Positions 11,355 through 24,560 of a DNA stretch of 64,000 bases are shown in pieces. Position 1 is the stretch's first letter. Every line of letters begins with the position of its first letter. Under the pieces are notes generated by a model. It was given only the letters and a program-made list of their open reading frames with translations. It did not search any database and had not been told where the DNA came from. Origin of the DNA: Eledone cirrhosa (lineage: Eukaryota); the NCBI GenBank assembly GCA_964016885.1, contig OZ024741.1, positions 91,822,001 to 91,886,000 on the forward strand, given 5' to 3'. Position numbers and translations under genes: made by a program.

Positions 11355-12158
11355 TCACTTTTCGTTGCTTCACCATCTTTGTTTGTTTACACTCGTGTCC
11401 CCTTTATTTACGTGTCCAACGACTTTTTTTAGCCGTTGCTCGCACCAACCGGAGGTATATGGTCTTTAAAGCGATGAAATACCAATGATGGTTAGAAGAT
11501 CACTGATGAAGGATTAACTTTATTCATATGTAACCCATTAGCAACCACGCAGCACGTTTATTCTCATATTTACACATATTTTTTCCCCGCTGTGACCCGT
11601 CTATTTCGTTCCTACTGCTTCCTCTTTCTCTGTATCTTTACCCTCTCTAGCAGTCACTCTCTCTGTTAGCCTTTTCCTCACCCTTTACTCACTCATTCTC
11701 TGTTACTACCTCTCCTCCTCCTCCTTCTTCCCGTTTGACCTGTGCGTAATTCTTTTCTTTCGCACCCTTGGTCAGGCAGGTCGCTTTTTTTCTCTCTCTC
11801 GTCTACGATTTCACAGAACTTACGTTCACCGAATTCACAGACTAGATCCCTTCTTCCTCCCGTTAGACCTTTACGGAATTCCTTCCTTGCTCACAATCCA
11901 CCAGGTTTGATGGTCTTTATTCTCTCTCGTTCACGATTTCCCCGAATTTATATTCATAGAAATTTGGGACTTGACTCCTTCCTCACTTTTCGTTGCTTCA
12001 CCATCTTTGTTTGTTTACACTCGTGTCCCCTTTATTTACGTGTCCCAACGACTTTTTTTAGCCGTTGCTCGCACCAACCGGAGGTATATGGTCTTTAAAG
12101 CGATGAAATACCAATGATGGTTGGAAGATCACTGATGAAGGACTAACTTTATTCATAT
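11355..12158 (+). repeat. ~175-bp direct repeats (11355-11529, 11981-12158) ending in a hammerhead 5' half; probable PLE pLTR remnant
   Basis: Both copies end ..gatcaCTGATGAagga(t/c)taactttattcatat. Confidence 0.7.
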
Positions 12159-12276
12159 ATATATATATACATATATATATGTGTGTGGGGGGGGGTGAGT
12201 TTGTGCGCATGAATGATTGAATAATTCATCACGATTCTTTGGTCAAATATTTACTGAGTGTGCTGCTTGAATCACA

Positions 12277-12307
<31 letters not shown>

Positions 12308-12499
12308 TTCTCTCTATCTCTCTCTCTTCCACTCTCTCTCACCCTCTCTTTAGCTCTCTCTCTCACACTCACACTCACACTCACACTCACACTCCTTCTC
12401 TCTCTTTCTTCTGTGAATGAGAGTCAATTAGCGGTTCTTAATTAAAACACAGACGACATATAATTTAACTTAGAGAAGATTGGTTGCTTAGTGTTTAGG

Positions 12500-13140
12500 G
12501 TGTTCGTCTTAATCGGAAGGTCATGTGTTCTATACCTAACATCCTATTGTGTGCTTCATTTGAAATCGCTCCTGTGCACACAACTATTCCAAAACAAATT
12601 GAAAGAGCCAACCTTATCGGACACAGTGTCAAGCTGAATCTCTTTTTGTTTTGCAAACATGAATTGGCCTTTCCACATCACATCAAGAAGAGTTTAATGG
12701 ACTACGCTGTAGCTTCAACTCTGTATAACACGTCATCAGTTTCTTTTCAGAAGAGCTATGCTATCTGCATAAGCCATTTCATGTAGAACTTCCTTCAAGT
12801 GTCGGGTACTTTGTCTACTTTTACCATTTTCCCGTCTGATGGTACAATGGGTATCATCAAGGCATATCACAATAAAGAAAGGGGCCAGAGGATCTCCCTG
12901 TAGGACTCCGGTATCAATGGAGAATGGGTTTGAGTTTCCCTCTGGCGTCATCACAAGTGTTGAAGTATTTTCATACATGACTTTAATTGGATTCACGATA
13001 TGATGGAGTATCCCATACACAAGACGAATTTTGAGCATCTTCTTTTGGTTGATTGAATCAAAAGGCTTCTTGAAATCTAAAAATACTGCCGATACCTCTA
13101 TATTGTGATTCCTAATTCCTCAACAATCCTTCTTAGGACC
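12500..13140 (-). mobile_element. Degraded LINE reverse transcriptase fragment (RTE/L2-like)
   Basis: FLDFKK.FDSI..; IKVMYENT; TGVLQGDPLAPF; AYAD.IAL. Confidence 0.8.
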
Positions 13141-13167
13141 AATATGTATATATATATATATATATAT

Positions 13168-13658
13168 ATGCCCGTGCTGTCCACCGTTTCCTCCTCGTCC
13201 GCAGCTCCCTACCCCCAACCCACGTTATTCTCCCTCACTCCGTTTCCCTTCCCTGCTCCAGGCCTCGCTGCCACACCTGCCCCCACATCACCAACACCAC
13301 CACATACCAGGGTTGCAACGGCCACTCTCTCTCTGTCCGGCACGCATTCCTCTGCACCTCCTCCAACCTCGTCTATGGACTTCGCTGCACGGAGTGCAGC
13401 GTAACCTACGTCGGACAGACTGGACGTCGCCTGGCGGATCGGTTCATGGAGCACCACCGAGATATTCGTCTCGGCGGGAGTTCCCCCATCGCCCGCCACT
13501 TTGGCTCCCCTGGACATTCCGCCCACCACCTCACAGTCTGTGGCCTGATCCAATACCATGGGACACCCGCCACCCGCCTTACAGTCGAGCAACACACCAT
13601 CTTCACCCTACAGACCCACACACCCTCCGGCCAGCACTCACCACCCCTATTCCTTTAG
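13168..13658 (+). pseudogene. GIY-YIG endonuclease with Cys linker (Neptune-like PLE 3' end); the frame extends upstream of the listed ORF 13446
   Basis: LLVRSSLP..PCSRPRCHTCPHI..FLCTSSNLVYGLRCTECSVTYVGQTGRRLADRFMEHHRDI..PIARHF. Confidence 0.9.
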
Positions 13659-14723
13659 CATTCGACCACCCACCTCTCCCCCCACACACACATCTAACTA
13701 ACACCACTAACACACTCCCCAGTTTCACCGCCCCCACCCCTTTGGCCCACCCCACAACTAATAATACTAACACACCCGCATTCAACCCCTTCCCCACCAC
13801 CAGTAATACTAACACCCTCTCTACCATACACACAGACACACTCATATCCAAACACCCACACACACACCAGTACACTACACTCCCTCCTCCGTCCCCAACA
13901 CCTTTTCTCTCCCTCTGTCTCTCCCCGCTCCACCTACACCCCCTTACACACACATCCCACGAACACCTCCACTAATATACACACCACTACCACCACCTTC
14001 TCCCCCCAGCTTTCACATCTACCCATCCTCTCCCCTGTCCACCGTACCTCCGCGCACACAGACACACAGTCCACACCACATACAGACCCTTTATTTACCT
14101 GTCATCCTCCTCTACTGCTATCTCTTCACCCTGGCATGACCCTCTGACCACTTCCTGTTGAGCGCGCACCCCGCACCCCACATTTCTCCACTTCTGCACT
14201 ACCACACCACGATTTCACACCACCGGCCATCGTTCCAGCTATCCCTCCTACGACACGTGGAATCTCCAACATCTTGTCTCACACTCCATAGAAATACCTT
14301 AGGAACATACACACGAACAAACACTTACATTATTTTCGAACCACGCCACCTACATCCACACCACGTATAAAGACAAACACACACGTGCGTATCCCCACAT
14401 ACACACACTCAGCCTCCGGACTACACACGCCCCCACTCCCCCACCCCTCTGACCCCTCTCCATCCACACGCATGCACACACCGACTTACACCCCATCCCA
14501 TGTACACACCGGTTTCCCTTTTACCTGAACATGAAACCTCGTTCTTCCCCCAACTCTCACATTCACATACACACACACACCGTACACCTACACACATACA
14601 CAAACACCACCTTCAGCTCTCCCCGCACGGACCCCCCCCCCACCTCCCTCTCCCCTCTACACCACACCACCTACCACCACCCCCACACGCCTCACACCCT
14701 TTCACCACTTGTTTCTTTTTTCA

Positions 14724-15128
14724 AATTGCCCATTAAAAGGAAATTGCCTTATTAATAACATAGTATATAAATGTAAAATTAACACTAAGGACTCAACTTA
14801 TTCATATATAGGAGCTACTTCTAACCAATTTAAAGTAAGATTTAATACCCACAAACACAGTTTTTAAAATGCCGCATTAGCTAATACAACATCCTTAGCT
14901 GAAATAATTAATAATTATAGAAAACGGAATATAGATTATAACCTGACCTGGAGTGTGCTCAAAAGGGCCACCCCTTATCAAAATAATAGATATGAATGTA
15001 GATTATGTTCCCAGGAACTTTTTGAAATAATGAAATCTAAGGATATCCTATTAAATAAGCGACAGGAATTAATTATATCATGTAATCATAAAATGAGAAG
15101 AACTTTTAAATATTATAAACCTAATTAA
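14724..15128 (+). pseudogene. Degraded GIY-YIG endonuclease of a different PLE family (not in the ORF track)
   Basis: NCPLKGNCLINNIVYKCKINTKDSTYSYIGATSNQFKVRFNTHKHSF...LLNKRQELIISCNH. Confidence 0.85.
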
Positions 15129-15806
15129 TATACACTTTACAAATTATTATAATAACACTTTTTTTAAATTAGTTAATCTATAATTAATATTCTACTACTA
15201 ATGAACTGCATAATTTTATTTCCCTTTTACAGCTATCTTTTCCTAAAATGTATACTAATAAGTATACATATAAACTATTTTAATTTCAGGTTATGAATCT
15301 ATATAAATTTGTTATTTCTCACTAATACATTTACCCCCCCCCCCCAATAATAATTATTATTATTTTTTTATTTTCCCTTCGTTTTTAACAGCATTCTTCA
15401 ATTACATCTAACTCTTATTTATCATATCTATATGAATTAATATAAATTTATCAATATAAATATACCTATCAATTTAATTAATTTATTTTCTTGTAAATTC
15501 CTTATGTTTTAAATAAGATTGATATTTTTCACTAACACATTTATCGTAAAATTTTATTCTCCTTAGATATTTACATTAGCATTATTCTTTTATAACATCA
15601 AATTTTCGTGTACCTTTTACTGACTTGACCTATTTTCATCCCCAAAATAATCTTTTCATTCAATATACTCTTTCCATTCAAAACTGAAATCTGCTTTCCT
15701 CTACCCCTAAATTAAAGTTCCATTACTACTATTCTACAATTCAAAACCTGTTCCCAAACAGACCTATTATATTAAATCTTTGTTGGTTTTTTTCAATAAA
15801 CAAATA

Positions 15807-15944
15807 TCATTATTTCTGAAGACAGCATATATATGTGTAGGTATGTATATTCCCTCTGATAGTTTTTTAAAATTTTACATAGATCTATATGATATACATA
15901 CCAACACACACATATATATCCTAGAAACGATCGTAAAATGATGA
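15807..15944 (+). ncRNA. Type I hammerhead with ~100-nt stem II domain
   Basis: tcattattt-CTGAAGA-..atatatatgtgt...acacatatatat..-GAAA-cgatcg-TA-aaatgatga. Confidence 0.8.
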
Positions 15945-16015
15945 ATTTTTTAATATAAGGAACTGTTTCTTTGTTTTTATTCATTATTGTTATTAATTTA
16001 TATATATATATATAT

Positions 16016-16236
<221 letters not shown>

Positions 16237-17436
16237 ATGTATGTATGTATCTATGACTGTATCTATGTCAATAAATTCGTCTCCTTATTGCGGGTAGACC
16301 GTGAGAGTATGATACACTTGTTCTATTCCCAGAACAAAAAGTAAGCGTTCTGCATTATCAGTATCTATACAAATAGTTTCAATGTTGAAAATGGCGAACG
16401 TGGGGTGGGGGAGGACAGCATGAATCGACTGAGACTGTCCTCACAATTTTAAGACCTAAACTCTCTTTAGTGGTGTTCAGTTGATGAGAGCCAATTACAG
16501 AAGGGAAGCCTTGGCTGATCGAAGTCTTTTGGAACAACTTAAGCAACATATTGTTGTCTTGTTGCAAGCGTTCAGACGTGGACTCCGGTTTGGATATCAC
16601 TTCCCTACATTCTACCATCAATCAAGAAGGCTTTGATAAAGGTTATGGGGCTAGCCTTCCTTCCTTAATTAAACCGCATAAAATGTCCATGCTATCTGTC
16701 TATTTTATAATGTATCACGGATGAAGCTCCAGCGGTATGTAATAATTCCGGATTTAGGCGGGAAGACGGGAAAGACGGGAAAGATGAGAAGGAAAACTGA
16801 AACCCTCGGTGGTATTTCAAATCAGAACATAGAACAGCAGTCCCCCATCCAGGGAACCCGCAAATGTAGTACAGTGTGTACTTGAATCAAGTTCAAAATT
16901 GTATGTACCTTAAGAAAAAACTTAATATGCACACACGGTTGATTATCCATACAAACATATAAATATAAACATTTCTCTTTTTCTATTGTCATTTTCACTA
17001 TATAACATTCGGGGGGGGGGGGCGGATGTATTATCGCCGAGAGCCTTGTAAATATTCATTTAAGTAAAAGTGATCTTTGGGAGAGAAAAAAAAAAGCTAA
17101 GTACCATTGACATAGAATATCATAATTAGATACCGCAAAACACTTTGTCCGAGGCTCTATCGATTCTGGCAATCTACTGCGGTTAAGTGCTATACAATGA
17201 GATATAACTACTTCCAGAGTTATTCCTATTTTCCTCTAGGATGCTCTAATTTTCAGTTGAAAGTATGGGACAGTCTAATAAACTTTCACCTTATCTGAGG
17301 ATTACGAATTTGACAAGAGCTGGCTGACCCAACTGTAAAAGTACATCATTAAAATAAAGGTGTTCATTTGGATAATTTTTTTCCATATGTGTAAACGCAT
17401 ATATATATATATATACAGTATATATATATATGCATG

Positions 17437-17467
<31 letters not shown>

Positions 17468-17505
17468 TACTATATATATTGTTTACTATATATATATTAT
17501 TTACT

Positions 17506-17860
17506 ATACACACACGCAAACGCATGCGCAGAGAAAACAACAACAAATAAACAAATAAATAAACAGACTAAATAAAGATGGCGTATGCATACAATGCAAC
17601 GGGAGGAAACATAATAGCACCACTGATGATGTTGCAGATGTGCAACGAAAGAACTTTGTTAGACTACATATATGTGTTTGTGTCTATATTGTATCTGTAT
17701 TTTTGACCGTTGGTCAGTCAATGGTAACATTGAGGACCGAATAAAATAAATTAACCGATATAAAGGATACAGAAGCGAAAACCAACCAAACAGTGAATGT
17801 AATCTGTTATTAATTCTGGCAATATTATTACACAAATATGATTCTCCCGAAATATAACCA
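17506..17860 (+). mobile_element. Dispersed pLTR-like repeat, second copy at 42190-42880
   Basis: Shared aaacagactaaataaagatggcgta..CTGA(T/C)GA-t(g/a)ttgca gatg tgcaac-GAAA..ttacacaaatatga; hammerhead stems I and III are not evident. Confidence 0.7.
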
Positions 17861-17918
17861 GATTTGTTTCGACACACGATTTCATATAAAAAACCTCGCA
17901 AAAGTAATTCGTCGCCGT

Positions 17919-18030
<112 letters not shown>

Positions 18031-18070
18031 TGAAATATAAGAATCAAAGAACTGTTCAAAACATTTTTAT

Positions 18071-18115
18071 GCTTACAACTGTTTCCTCCAAACCGAGGTT
18101 TGGATTCTTCGGAGC
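18071..18115 (-). ncRNA. Minimal type I hammerhead, CCGAAGA core
   Basis: gct-CCGAAGA-a-tccaaacc tc ggtttgga-g-GAAA-cagttg-TA-agc. Confidence 0.7.
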
Positions 18116-18712
18116 AATTTATTAATGAATGAACACTTATATGACCTCCTTTTCACCCAAGAGACATACAGATACATATGCAAATATTGTGGGTCAACAT
18201 TCATTACAGCATCTAGAGTGGCAGCACACACTTAGAGATTACATTCATATTAAAAGATACAATAAAAAATACAGGTTAAAATACAACATGAAAATAAGCG
18301 GTTATATAGTACAAAGATTATATGTGTGGCAAGCACGTGCGTCTTGTTTATATAGTGTGGCAGAGAGTTACGTGTAGTAGAAGCACTTAAGTAGGTAAAC
18401 AAGAGTGTTAGGTTGGTTGATCTGGTGGCAAATTCTTTATATGATTGTTATAGTCTGTGTGTGGAGAAATAATATAAGCATTAGAAATAGTGCAAGCATT
18501 AAAAATACTTAAAATATTGGAAATGCACAGCGAAGGGATGATATGGACTTCATGTACTTCGACATTTTCATAGTCAGGGGAGTGTATTTTTCAGATTATA
18601 TGCCCCTCACATAATCCACCTGGTATCTCAAATTAGTACCATAGAACAACCACTATTAAAGACACCATATATATTTCCGTGGGTACCTAGTACCTACTGG
18701 GATATCTATATC

Positions 18713-18777
<65 letters not shown>

Positions 18778-19036
18778 CATACATACATACATATGTGCAA
18801 TCATACATACACATACACACACATATATATATTTATATTTATCTATCTATCTATCTACATATATATATAAATACACACATACACACACACAAATATATAT
18901 AAATATATACATACATACATACACACACATATATATATATGTATATGTGTCTGTGTGTATGTGTGTGTTATGTGTGTGTTTGTGTGTCTGTGCGTTGTGT
19001 GTGTATATATATATATAAATAGAGAGAGAGAGAGAA

Positions 19037-19163
<127 letters not shown>

Positions 19164-19250
19164 TGTGTGTGTGAGTGTGTGAGTGTGTGTGTGTGAGTGT
19201 GTGAGTGTGTGTGTGTGTGTGTGTGTGCGTATGTGTGTATTTATATATAG

Positions 19251-19305
<55 letters not shown>

Positions 19306-19351
19306 AATATATATGTGTGTGTGTGTATGTGTATGTATGATTGTACATATG

Positions 19352-19431
<80 letters not shown>

Positions 19432-19970
19432 GTCAGAATGCAAATATAAAGTATAAATGTAAAAGCTCGGATGTTAGTAGCTGAAAGCAGGAAAATACTG
19501 TTTCTGATTATAGTTTCCATTGACACCACAACATTCTTAGATCGATAATCTTCACTACAAAACTGCGGATATCATAGCAGATCACTCGCTTACTCTCTTT
19601 ACCACCTTACCTACTTCTCTCTTTCATTTCCTCTCCCTACCACACTCTCCTTGTCTTTCTTTCTCTTCTGTATTTCTCTCTCTCCCCCTCTTTATCCCTC
19701 CCCCTTCTCTATCTCACACACGCACACACACACATTCTCTCTCTCTAACTCTAACTACATGCTGTCTCAGTTCAAATACCGACGAGGTCAAATTTGCCGT
19801 CCAACCTTTCAGGACAGATAATTAAACTCCGAGTCGTGAGAGGAGGTGAAGTGGATTGTGTTCAGACCTGGACAACTATATTGTTCCACGATGTATAAAT
19901 GCTAAAAATATGCTGTATATAGCGACGATATCTCTACGACTACACAGGAGTTAATAGCCCATGTATATGA

Positions 19971-20120
<150 letters not shown>

Positions 20121-20135
20121 CATATATATATATAC

Positions 20136-20228
<93 letters not shown>

Positions 20229-20289
20229 CAAGTGCAGCACCAAGAGAAATAAAGACTTCGGCGAGAGGAAATAGTAGAATAATTTATTG

Positions 20290-20400
20290 ACTTTAACATA
20301 TGTTTCTGTGCTTTTTATAATAGTCTACATATGCTGACTACAATGCATGTTGTTCAATCGCATGCAATACTTAATTACTTTTCACACGTCTTCAGAAAGT
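20290..20400 (-). ncRNA. Type I hammerhead with long stem II insert
   Basis: acttt-CTGAAGA-cgtgtg...caca-GAAA-catatg-TT-aaagt. Confidence 0.7.
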
Positions 20401-20406
20401 TGTGGT

Positions 20407-20995
20407 TACCCAGAAATATTAGTGTCTGCAGTTCTGTTTACATGCCAACACAAGAGCAAGAATGACGGTATCATTCTACTGACATGGCGTTAAAGAGGCT
20501 GTTTGCATAATTGCAATCGAATCGAATAGTATTATTAATATTAGAAAAACTAAAATTACATTTATTGTATTCAGCCATGTAGAGCGATAAACGATTTGTT
20601 TGTTATTTGAATATGGCAAAGCCGGCCATTAATTGCTCGTATACATGATACTGACTGGCCTATCTGCTGATATGGAAATCTCGGTATGATCCGTGGGTCT
20701 GCTAATATGCAAATCTGACTGATTAGGCAGTCTGCTAATATGCAAATCAGGCCGATGAGTCACTGTATATTTTAGAAAATATATATTTTCACTAGCTCTG
20801 ACAGTTGGCAGGTAAGCAGTATACTGCACTGATGAAGGGTAATCACCCAGAAACATTAGTGTCTACAGTTCTGATTACATGCCAACATAATAGCAAGAAT
20901 GACTGGGTCTACTGACATGGCTTTAAAGAGGCTGTTTGCATAATTGCAAACGAATCGAATATTATTAATAATATTCGAAGAACTCAGATTACATT

Positions 20996-21000
<5 letters not shown>
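20407..21000 (+). mobile_element. Non-autonomous PLE-like unit with ~160-bp direct repeats (20407-20570, 20845-21000)
   Basis: acccagaaa(t/c)attagtgtct..ttacatttatt is duplicated. Confidence 0.75.
20823..20869 (+). ncRNA. Type I hammerhead, canonical core, GUC cleavage triplet
   Basis: actgca-CTGATGA-a-gggt aatc accc-a-GAAA-cattagtg-TC-tacagt; the upstream repeat copy has the perfectly pairing tgcagt. Confidence 0.82.
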
Positions 21001-21029
<29 letters not shown>

Positions 21030-21585
21030 AGGTTTCTCAATGTATATCAGGAGGTATCCATAAATTAACAAGGTACTCAATACGTTAGCAGAGTATACGC
21101 AAATTTATTATAGAATAGATTTCTATTCATAAGAAATCATGAAATTCCGATGTTTCTTTTACGAATGAAACAATTCTATACCTGTAGAGGTCATTTCTAT
21201 AATAAAATAACTCGATATAAAATTGGAAACAAATTGACTGTTTAGTGTAGAATATATATTATAAATGAAGGGTAATATATGTTGGACCTCCGTCGCTTTT
21301 GACAACGAGTGTTCCAGTTGTTCAAACAACAGAACAGCCTGCTCGTAAAATAAATGTGCAATGAACGTAGTGTTACAGACCAATAACATGGATGAGAAAG
21401 GGGAAGATAGAGGAGAGAACAGAGAGAGTGAATCAGAGAGGTGGGAATTGCCGAAAGCCCTCACCATGACAGACGATCGCATCTCAATGTAGTGGCCAAT
21501 TCTGCATGGCAAAAGATGTGGTACAATGATTGCCTAAAACTAACTCTAACAGATCTCATCACTGTGGTTGAATCACGAGAGTTGC

Positions 21586-21752
21586 TTGTGCAGTGAATAT
21601 CATATCTTAGCGCCAGTTTCTCTTCTTTCTACGGTGTCCACCAGTGTATTGCTTGCACCAAACTGACTTAAATGGCGCAGTCTGATTCATACTGGTGGAT
21701 ATACAGTAGAAAGGAAAGGAACTGGTGCTGAGAAGAGGTATTCACTGCACAA
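21586..21752 (+). other. ~165-nt imperfect inverted repeat (MITE-like or RNA hairpin)
   Basis: ttgtgcagtgaatatc/ggtattcactgcacaa; cttagcgccagtttc/ggaactggtgctgag; tctttctac/gtagaaagg; tgtccaccagtgt/atactggtggata. Confidence 0.85.
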
Positions 21753-22764
21753 AGCTAGATTTTCCACGTCAATCGAAATCATCACCTTATGATCGATAGT
21801 AAGACACCCTAACCACTAAACCACGATTCATCATTATCTCTCTTTCTCACATTCACACACGCACACATTATCTTCGGTTTCATATTTAACAACAGTAGAA
21901 ATAACAACACAATTAATAAGTTAAATATATCGTATGAGATACAATATAATAGTTTCACTTATATAATTTAATATAATATATTTTGTTTATAATTAGACAG
22001 GGCCATAGAGAAACTATTCACTATGCCATGTTAGTCTCATTACTCACTCAATAAGACAGATGTAAACGTATTAAACGTGCAAACCTGTACTCAAAGTGCT
22101 TACAAAAGGTTATTTGTCATGAGGGTAATTGCACATTTTCCTGGAACATAGATTTCCCGATATAGACTGATAAAATAAGTGAATTTGCGAATTGCTTTTC
22201 TTAGTGGCTGCACAGCGCAAAATGTGCAGATTATTAACTATATCGCTTTATCAACGGGAGCTCTCGACGTAGTGGCCGAGGACAAAAGTAGCCAAATGGC
22301 TACGTATTATCACGGACAACGTCTGCTATATTATAGTGAACGGCTTATATAGTCGGGTTTTCTTTCTCACGATTATTTTTAAAATATGCATTGATATTGC
22401 ATACATAAATTTTAGGTGACGTAACGGTAAAATCATTTGAGCGTTAGATAAAATACTTTGCTGCATTTAGTTACGGCTCTTACGTTCTGAGATTGAATCT
22501 GGCCGAGGTTAACTTTGCTTCCCAACCTTCCGGAGTTGATAAAAGAATACCACTAAAGCAAGAGTCAATGTAATCGACAAATCCCCATACATTGTTGTTG
22601 CTCTTTTCATCTTCTATTTCTGTTTCTACTCGTCTTTTTTATTTATGTCTTTTCAGTCTAATCTCTTTGTATATCAATGTTTATCTTTGTTTCTCAGCTT
22701 CCTGCTTTTGATGTACCTGTCCTTGATTTACCTGTTATTGTCAAGCAGTCTGTTTAATTGTGGC

Positions 22765-23400
22765 GAAGGCGCCGGCTTAGTAGTTAGAATGTTTGTCCCA
22801 CGATCGTAAGGTTGCAACTTCGATTCTTGGTAGCCAGTTGAGCAAGACACTTTATTTCACGTTGTTACAGTCCATTCTGCTGAGAAAAATAAATTGTACC
22901 TGAATCTCACTCAGAAACTTGTTAATGGCACACGTGCCTATGAAAGTCTCAGTCCCTTGCATATTAAGGGAGTTAAAAATACATGATTAGGTGGTTAGGG
23001 TGTTCGACTGGCAATAGCTGAATCTCACCGAGGATTATGTTAAGGATGCACGTGTCTGTGAAACACTTAATCACTTGTATACTAAGAGGATTAAAAGTGC
23101 ATGGTCGGGTAATTAGGGTGTTTGATTCGCGATCTTAAAGTAGTGACTTCGATTACCGGTAGCACGTTATGTCCTTGAGCAAAACAATCATTTCATGCTG
23201 TTCCAGTTTGCTGGGAAAGAATGCGTACCTGTAAAACAAAGAGCCAGCTTCGTCCTATATTGTGTCTCACTGAATCCACCTGTGAAATATGTTAACGTTA
23301 CTTCTGTCCGTGGAATGCGTAGCCACTTGCTTGATAATTTCAGGAGCAGACTGTTCCGTTAATCAAGCAACTGCTACACTCATCGTCGGAAACTACGGGG
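22765..23400 (+). mobile_element. Cluster of decayed tRNA-derived SINE copies
   Basis: Heads ggcttagtagttag..ttcgattc..ttgagcaagacactttatttcac at ~22770 and ~23100, plus shared tails. Confidence 0.65.
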
Positions 23401-23414
23401 GTCCAACACACACA

Positions 23415-23445
<31 letters not shown>

Positions 23446-23589
23446 GTACGCTGTCTCATTGTCTTCCTTCCTCTGTCTGTCTTCTATTCACATTTCTTTC
23501 CTCTTCTCTTTAGTAGTGTAGTTCAGTTGAGTAATCGATTCCGGATTTAAATATCGAAAGAATTCTGTTACCAGATAATGTCAAATCGT

Positions 23590-24560
23590 AGAATGAGGTA
23601 GAGATAGAGAGGGGGATAAAGATGTGGAGAAGACAGACGGGAGAGGGGGAGATAGGAGAGACAGAAGGATGAGAAAATAGAGATAGGAGAGACGGGGAAG
23701 ACAGGGAAGGGTGGGGAGGAAGAATGAATTGGGTGAGGGGGGGAAACAGATTGAGAAGATATAGAGAGAGTGAGAGAGCATAGAGAGGGTAGCGGAGAGA
23801 AGAGGAGGGCAGAGAGGCAGAGAGGGGTAGGTGAGAAGATAGAAGAATAGAAGGGAAAGAGAGAGTCGGAGAGATTAGAGAGATTAGAGAGGGGAAAGTA
23901 GGCAGAAGAGACAGAGATGGTGAAAAAAGTGAGAGGGAGAGGTGAGTGACAAGGGACAGAGAGGGTGGAGAGGAGAATGAGGGAGAGAAGCGAGAAGGAG
24001 AAGAAGAGAGGGGGAGACAAAAGAGTCGGGAATATGTGAAGGTGAAAGGAGAGGGAGATGAGAGGTGTGAGAGAGGGGGAACAGGGAGGGTGGAGGAGAG
24101 AGGGTGAAGAAAATTGAGGAAGAAAGGGAGTAAGATGGAAATGAGTGGGGGGACATAGGAGGTTGGGGATAGGAGAATGACAAGGAGCAGTGATGTGGAG
24201 AGGAGAGTGAGGGGGAAGAAAACAGGAAGGAAAGGAAAGAGAGATGAGGAGAGGAGGAGGAGAAAAGAGGAGGAAATGAGAGGTAGATGAGAGAGCGGGG
24301 TGATGCGATAAAGTTGGTGCATAGAGAGGGGAGGAAAGAGGTTGGAAGAGAGGGAAGTGGAGAGGAGAGTGAGTGGGTGAGGAGAGTGGGAGAGATATGA
24401 GAGCGAGGGTGACAACGAGTGTGAAGGAGAGAGGGTGGAGATGTAAGTGAGGGGGTGATGAGAGGGGCAGAAAGATGAGAGCGAGGGTGACAAATAGTGT
24501 GAAGGAGAGAAGGTGGAGATGTAAGTGAGGGGAAGAAAAGAGAGAGAGGGTGAGGTAGAC
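23590..24560 (+). repeat. ~1-kb polypurine (GA-rich) low-complexity tract
   Basis: Strong G/A strand bias; internal ~80-bp duplication near 24396 and 24475. Confidence 0.9.

Noticed and set aside
13313-13975. 220-aa Pro/His/Thr-rich ORF
   Set aside because: Wrong frame over the GIY-YIG remnant and its C-rich linker
16712-16790. CGGATGA as a hammerhead core
   Set aside because: No matching GAAA, stem III or stem I found
22765-22830. tRNA genes at SINE heads (also ~7230, ~51290, ~52850, ~60215)
   Set aside because: A/B-box-like motifs are present, but there is no complete cloverleaf and they run into shared SINE bodies
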